Origin: Sarea resinae
Lineage: Eukaryota
Direction of reading: 5' to 3'
Assembly (NCBI GenBank): GCA_026026165.1
Contig: JAPEUD010000093.1
Span: 62,001-88,166, forward strand
DNA length: 26,166 nt
Shown: positions 21,223 to 26,166 of the stretch, in pieces
Layout of the letters: the number at the start of each line of letters is the position of its first letter
Position numbering within the stretch: position 1 is the stretch's first letter
Program-made: the position numbers and the translations under genes
Notes under the pieces: model-generated
Seen by the model: the letters and a program-made list of their open reading frames with translations, nothing else
The model's database searches: none
Told to the model about the DNA's origin: nothing

Positions 21223-23605
21223 TCACGACCCCATCTCCGCCGCAGCCGTACCGCCATCATCATCATCGGCGCTCTCCTCTCGGAACATCTCAATCACACC
21301 CCCCGTCACCTTAACCCGCTCCCGCCATCTGGTCTTTCCCAGCTCACCCCTATCTCCATGCAAATGCCCATGCCTATGCCCATGCCGCCGCCTTGCCTTC
21401 TCCCTTTCACTGACGACATCCCTCGCAACCTTCTCCCTCGCCTCTAGACTGATCTCCGTATCCCCGCCCAGGGGCCTGGATCCAAGGATAAACTGGACCG
21501 AGGAAAACGGCAGCGAGATCAATAAACGGGAGAGGACCGTCGTGGCGAGACTAGGTAGCTGCTTGTTCTTCACCCCCGCCGAGGGGTAGTCGCCGAATTG
21601 GATACAAGACAGCCGCGACGAGGGACGGGATGGTTTGGAGGTGCCGTTGGGAAACCGAGGAAAATATGGAGATTGTGAGGCGGGAGTGGCAGCAGCGTTC
21701 GAGTCTGGGGAAGTGGCGTCAAGAACAAAGTCCGATGGGAAGTTGACGACGAGCCAGCCCAGGACATTAAACAGAAACTGGGTCGAGTAAGGCGCATATG
21801 TGGTCCCCCCCGCTGGCGACCCAGATGGACTTTGCGAACCGGGATCCTCCCCATCCAGCGCAAACGAAAGAGCCAACTCGACCGTCTCCCAGCTGACTAG
21901 ACGTGCCGCAATACCGAGACCCCGTCGGATGATACTCTCAAACTGAAGCAAATGCCCCGCGGCGGCGTATGCAAGCGCAAAAGCCATCTGATCTTCCGTC
22001 CTGTGAAACTGCCATCCCTGCTTCCTCCATGAGATGTGTGACGCATTGGCGCCGACGGCGCGTGTAAAGTTGCCGTGCTCAAGAAGAGACGAGCCATACA
22101 GACGGCGCAAAGCGAGATCGAAGGCGCCCGGCTGGATGAATCGGTCTTGTGTCTTGACCTTGATGACCTTGCTATATCCCGCCTGCTGCGTCGTGTCATC
22201 TCGAGTCAAGTGGATCAAAGCATTGAGAGACGGACTTCGTGCGACCAGGACTGAATGAACGGGAAAATGCGCCGATTCCAAATGACCGCTGAGATGAGAC
22301 AGCTCAATGATGTAGTCCGCTAAATCTCGATTGCCGAATTGAGAGATGAGGTACCCTGCGAGACCATCCGAGTCGTCATGAAATGCCGCTGATGTAGTAT
22401 CACCCGCATGCCTGGTCCCATTGCAAGTCTCATGCTGATATGTAGACATGCCGGTCCCGTTTTGGTTTACCGCTGGCTGTACGGTGCTTTCACCCCTGTC
22501 CGATTCCCAATTATGTTCAGAATTCGAGACCACTGGCGGCGGTTCGTCTTCGCCCGAGCGCCTACTCTGCTCCGGGTCCTGAGGCGCAGATGAGGCAAGC
22601 GAAGCTCGAGATGAGGTAGCTTGTCTGGATTGCACCTGGTCGACCCATCTATGGAAGGAAAATCTAGGGGCGCCGGATGGCGAGTAACGCTGAGACTCTG
22701 GTGGAGGAAAGGGAGGCACACGTGGATAGGGCCCCGGGATGAAGTTGGGGTACCCGTCCCGACGAGGACCGTAGAGTTGTTGTTGTGGAAAGTTCGGAGG
22801 CGGCGGTGGTGGATACAGAAAAGGCACTTGCGTCTCTGAATTGTGATGGCCGTGTCCAAGGGGGTGAAATTGTGGCTCATAGTTCGGATGGAAGTACCCT
22901 GGCGGCAAAGGAGGTGGTCCGGGCATGATCGTCGGAGGCGCTGGAGAGGAGCTGGAAGACTCTGGATAGCCCCCAAAGACTAGACTACCTGCACTTGGAT
23001 GCGGTTGGTGTAGAGGAGGGCCGTAAGGCCGAGGATGTGGACGGCTTGAGGAGTTGACAGAGGAAGGTGATGATGCTTGGTTTGGGTAAAACGGGGGAGG
23101 CAACTGGAAGCTGTGCGGGGGCTGCTCATTGCGTGTGGCGCTTTTGGTAGACGACGACTCTGTATCTATAGTCGTAGAGTCAGTGGACCGTCCAGCAAAC
23201 CCGCAGAACATTCTGGCGAGCTCTTCCTTGTGCCCACAGGATATGAAAGAAAACCTTACCGGTGGTGTGAGACTGCGGAGGTGCTGCAGTCTCAATATGT
23301 TCCGGATTCTCTTCCGCAAGGGCCACCTCCTCTCGCGCCTCCTGAGCGTCATCTGTATGCACCTCAGCCTGAAGAGGCGGCTTTGAGCCATTCACAACTA
23401 TAGGAGTCGACTGCTCTTTCACCTCGGCATTCATGTCCGCATGGATGCCATTGCGCGCGACTGGGGAAGACTTGGATAGCTTGGCCGCAGTAGACGGGCG
23501 CGCAGCCGAGAAAGCAAGAGGCACAGCGGGAATTATCGGCACTGTGGCCGTGGGCCGGTGCCTCTTATTCTGGGTTGCGCGAGGTGGTGGTGGATGTGGA
23601 GACAT
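21223..23605 (-). CDS. Fungal protein with a Pro-rich disordered N-half and a BTB/POZ-like domain; exons 23260-23605, 21223-23165; about 762 aa
   Basis: Two overlapping long ORFs are joined in frame by intron 23166-23259 (GTAAGG donor, CACTGAC branch, TAG acceptor). BTB-like pattern FGNRDLADYIIEL...FPVHSVLVARSPSL...AFDLALRRLYG. Confidence 0.75.
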
Positions 23606-24067
23606 GATGAGTCGATCATCGACATCGGCGGGGCTCGAGATGATCGATCTGGCCGAAGATGGAAGACGAAAGTCAATGGTCGGGGGACCACATTGGCATC
23701 TCCAAGATGAATTGAGGCACCGAGAAGAGTGTCCACGATCCTGCAGCCGTCGCAAGTGAAGCGGTACGGGGGGAGTGAAGTGGAGTGAAGTGAGAGATAT
23801 TGGTGGAACAAGAATGAGCGAACCTGATCCAGATTCGTGTGGATGCGTGTGGTGGTTGTGTCCCAGTGAAGTCACTCCGTACCACTCTCGCTCACTTTGC
23901 GTCTCTGCGTCTTTGCCTGACTGACGCAGTCGACGCCTGACGCTGCCGTGACCGAGAGAGTATTGATGGGAATGGCCTCAATTCCTTCAATTCTCTCAAG
24001 AAACGACTATGGATATCATACCAAACAAAGCTCCCGCTTCTTACATCATCAAATCATTAGAATTACA

Positions 24068-25078
24068 TTAAACCATCTCTTCATCCTCACCCTCATCCAT
24101 CATCCTCTTCCTCTCCCACAACGTAGCCCTCCTCAGCGTACACCGCAACAGCGCCGCATTCTCCCCCCGTCGCTTCTGCCAACCCTCGATCTCACGCTCT
24201 AGCTTCCGACACTCGCTCTCGTCCCCGTCCACCACCACGGCGCTCACAAAGGCCGGTCCGCGCGACAGCACGCTCTCCTCGATGCAGTACACCTTGGAAG
24301 TCATGCCCGAACATTCGTTGTCCCAATCATCCTCACCGCTGTCGCCCTTCCGATCGACCACTCGGTCGACCAATTCCGCGCATACGCCGACCGTGGTCCA
24401 GAACGTATGAATCCCTTGTCCATCCAGAGACTCTAGGAACATTCGGCGCGCATCGCCCGAAAACGTCGTCGTCGGCTCACTGTTCCGCCTCTGCGTTTCC
24501 TCCCTTGCCAGCTCGACTGCATCGCGATAGGCCCACATGAGCTTCAGCCCATCGCGCATGATCCTCTCGGGACGATCCGTCGTGTCCACTTTATCCGCAA
24601 GTGCTCCGTTCCGGAAAGGACCAAAGAATTCCTTGACGATGTGTTCCTGAATGCGCGTATCGAGTTGTCGTCTTCTCCACAGCTTGAGTAGTTGGCAGAT
24701 GGGGGATCGCCTTTGATAAGGACAAGAGGATGGAGGAGCGGAAGAACGGGGAGAAGATGAAGAAGAAGAACAATCCGAGCCTCTGTCTGAACAGTCGCCA
24801 GGCACAAGCTCGAGCTCGAGCTTCAACGTCCTCGCGATCTGTCCGCAGATGTAACGTTCGTGCTCGCGCACGAAGCGATACAGCCCCGATGAGGCGCAGC
24901 GCAGAGCATGGAGGCTATCCGGCGTGCAGCAGGTGATGATATTCAGGATGAGCTCTGGCGCGAGTTGCCGCAGCAGTGGTGGTTCCGCGCCGCTTCGCTG
25001 CACCGTTGCGGCCTCAGCTGGCGACTCCAGAGTCATCTCCTCCAGAGTCATCTCCTCCATAGTTTGGTCGAGCTCCAT
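24068..25078 (-). CDS. Putative F-box domain protein (336 aa)
   Basis: Intronless ORF with its first ATG at 25078. It has the F-box-like LRQLAPELILNIITCCTPDSLHALRCASSGLYRFV near the N-terminus and a 15-bp in-frame duplication (EEMTL x2) before it. Confidence 0.72.
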   Translation of the reverse strand: MELDQTMEEMTLEEMTLESPAEAATVQRSGAEPPLLRQLAPELILNIITCCTPDSLHALRCASSGLYRFVREHERYICGQIARTLKLELELVPGDCSDRGSDCSSSSSSPRSSAPPSSCPYQRRSPICQLLKLWRRRQLDTRIQEHIVKEFFGPFRNGALADKVDTTDRPERIMRDGLKLMWAYRDAVELAREETQRRNSEPTTTFSGDARRMFLESLDGQGIHTFWTTVGVCAELVDRVVDRKGDSGEDDWDNECSGMTSKVYCIEESVLSRGPAFVSAVVVDGDESECRKLEREIEGWQKRRGENAALLRCTLRRATLWERKRMMDEGEDEEMV

Positions 25079-26166
25079 CCTGTGTCTTGCTCGCCCAACA
25101 AAGACCAGACGCAGTCGACAGGCGGTATAGTTGGTAAGTCTTCGTTCGCTCCGGCGGTGCTCGTTCAATTATCGTGTTGAGGTCAAGATTACCATGCACA
25201 GCAGCAACAGAAGTCGTCCCAAGGCAGATAGATAGAGTAGAGTGACATGGCAACAACACCAAGAGTAGATCAATCCAAGACCAGGTTGGATCGGGGGTGG
25301 GAGAGCACCACCTTTTGGCCCCCAGAGATGCATCCCATTCCCACGGGGACGCCTAGGCCGCGGCGGCCCCAATCACGGTCCGAAGAAAGACCGTCCATCT
25401 CAGAAAGACGTTGCCAACAAGGTGACGGCATCTGTCAGATGGGCCAGAGATCGTATTCATGCCGAGTCCAATTGGTCGTGGCACGGCCGGAAGAGGAAAG
25501 ATGGCGGCCAGCTGGAGATGGGCCAGGTGGGGGAAGAATAATATCAGATGCTTAGCTACCTACCTTACCTTTCCTATTTACCCATCACCCACCCGGGTTC
25601 CCTCTCCACCACCACCTCCACTCTCCGCTCTCCGCTCTCCGCCACCAACGTCGTACAAGCTGAGGTAGGCCGTAAGCCCAACATACAGCGCACCTACCTA
25701 CCTACTAGTCTGACGATGCACGGATCTGCCGTGGAGAGGAGCCTCTTGTACTTCTTTCTAAATAGACCTCTCTTTCCTGTCTATCTATCTACCCATATCA
25801 ATCGCGTGCTACGAATCCATAGATCCTCCCTAGGGACGAAGTACAGCCTACTACTACTACTACGTACACGCCCCGAGCCCAGAGACATCGAGTACTCCGA
25901 GTTCGTAGGTAAAGGCAGCACCGTCGGAGTAGTCGAAGAACACATTCGGTCTTGCTCGATTTGGCTCAAACGAGACTGGTAACCTCACTTTTCGACATCC
26001 ATCCATGGGATCAACTACGTAGTCTTCGTACTTCCCCTCCGCCTTCCATTCCAATTCGAAGCCGTGCAGTGCATGATGTAGAGGCCCGTCCTCACCACCT
26101 CAGCCTTACTTAGGTAGGTAGGCATCCTCGAGGGACGCTGGCCAGAGCAATAATGATAAGAGGGTT

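Noticed and set aside
25860..26054. 64-aa minus-strand ORF with protein-like composition
   Set aside because: It has a TTG start, an in-frame stop shortly upstream and no recognisable motif. A terminal exon of a gene outside the window cannot be fully excluded.

Overview
Intron-containing genomic DNA of a filamentous ascomycete (GT-AG introns of about 48-197 bp with CTRAC/CTAAT branch sites). The left 17 kb is a fungal N-acetylglucosamine (GlcNAc) utilisation cluster. It holds a 5'-truncated Ndt80/PhoG-family transcription factor (ron1/xprG type, +), an UNC-93-like MFS GlcNAc transporter (ngt1, -), glucosamine-6-phosphate deaminase (nag1/dam1, +) and an atypical hexokinase of the GlcNAc-kinase type (+). 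No deacetylase (dac1) or GH3 hexosaminidase is visible in the window. A CYP52-like P450 is inserted between the regulator and the transporter. Its spliced frame is intact (about 650 aa), but the heme-binding Cys motif is replaced by an in-frame (GAGGCA)n microsatellite and the I-helix motif reads AGRGAT. To the right are a Nop8/SRP40-like nucleolar protein, a Pro-rich BTB-like protein and an F-box protein. Two convergent intergenic regions are AT-rich, TpA-rich, microsatellite-dense tracts with a RIP-like signature. The first begins with a five-unit ~60-bp repeat that has a conserved core and variable linkers. Sense-strand G-quadruplex motifs follow the stop codons of three of the four genes flanking these tracts. 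All family assignments come from recognised motifs, not from database searches.
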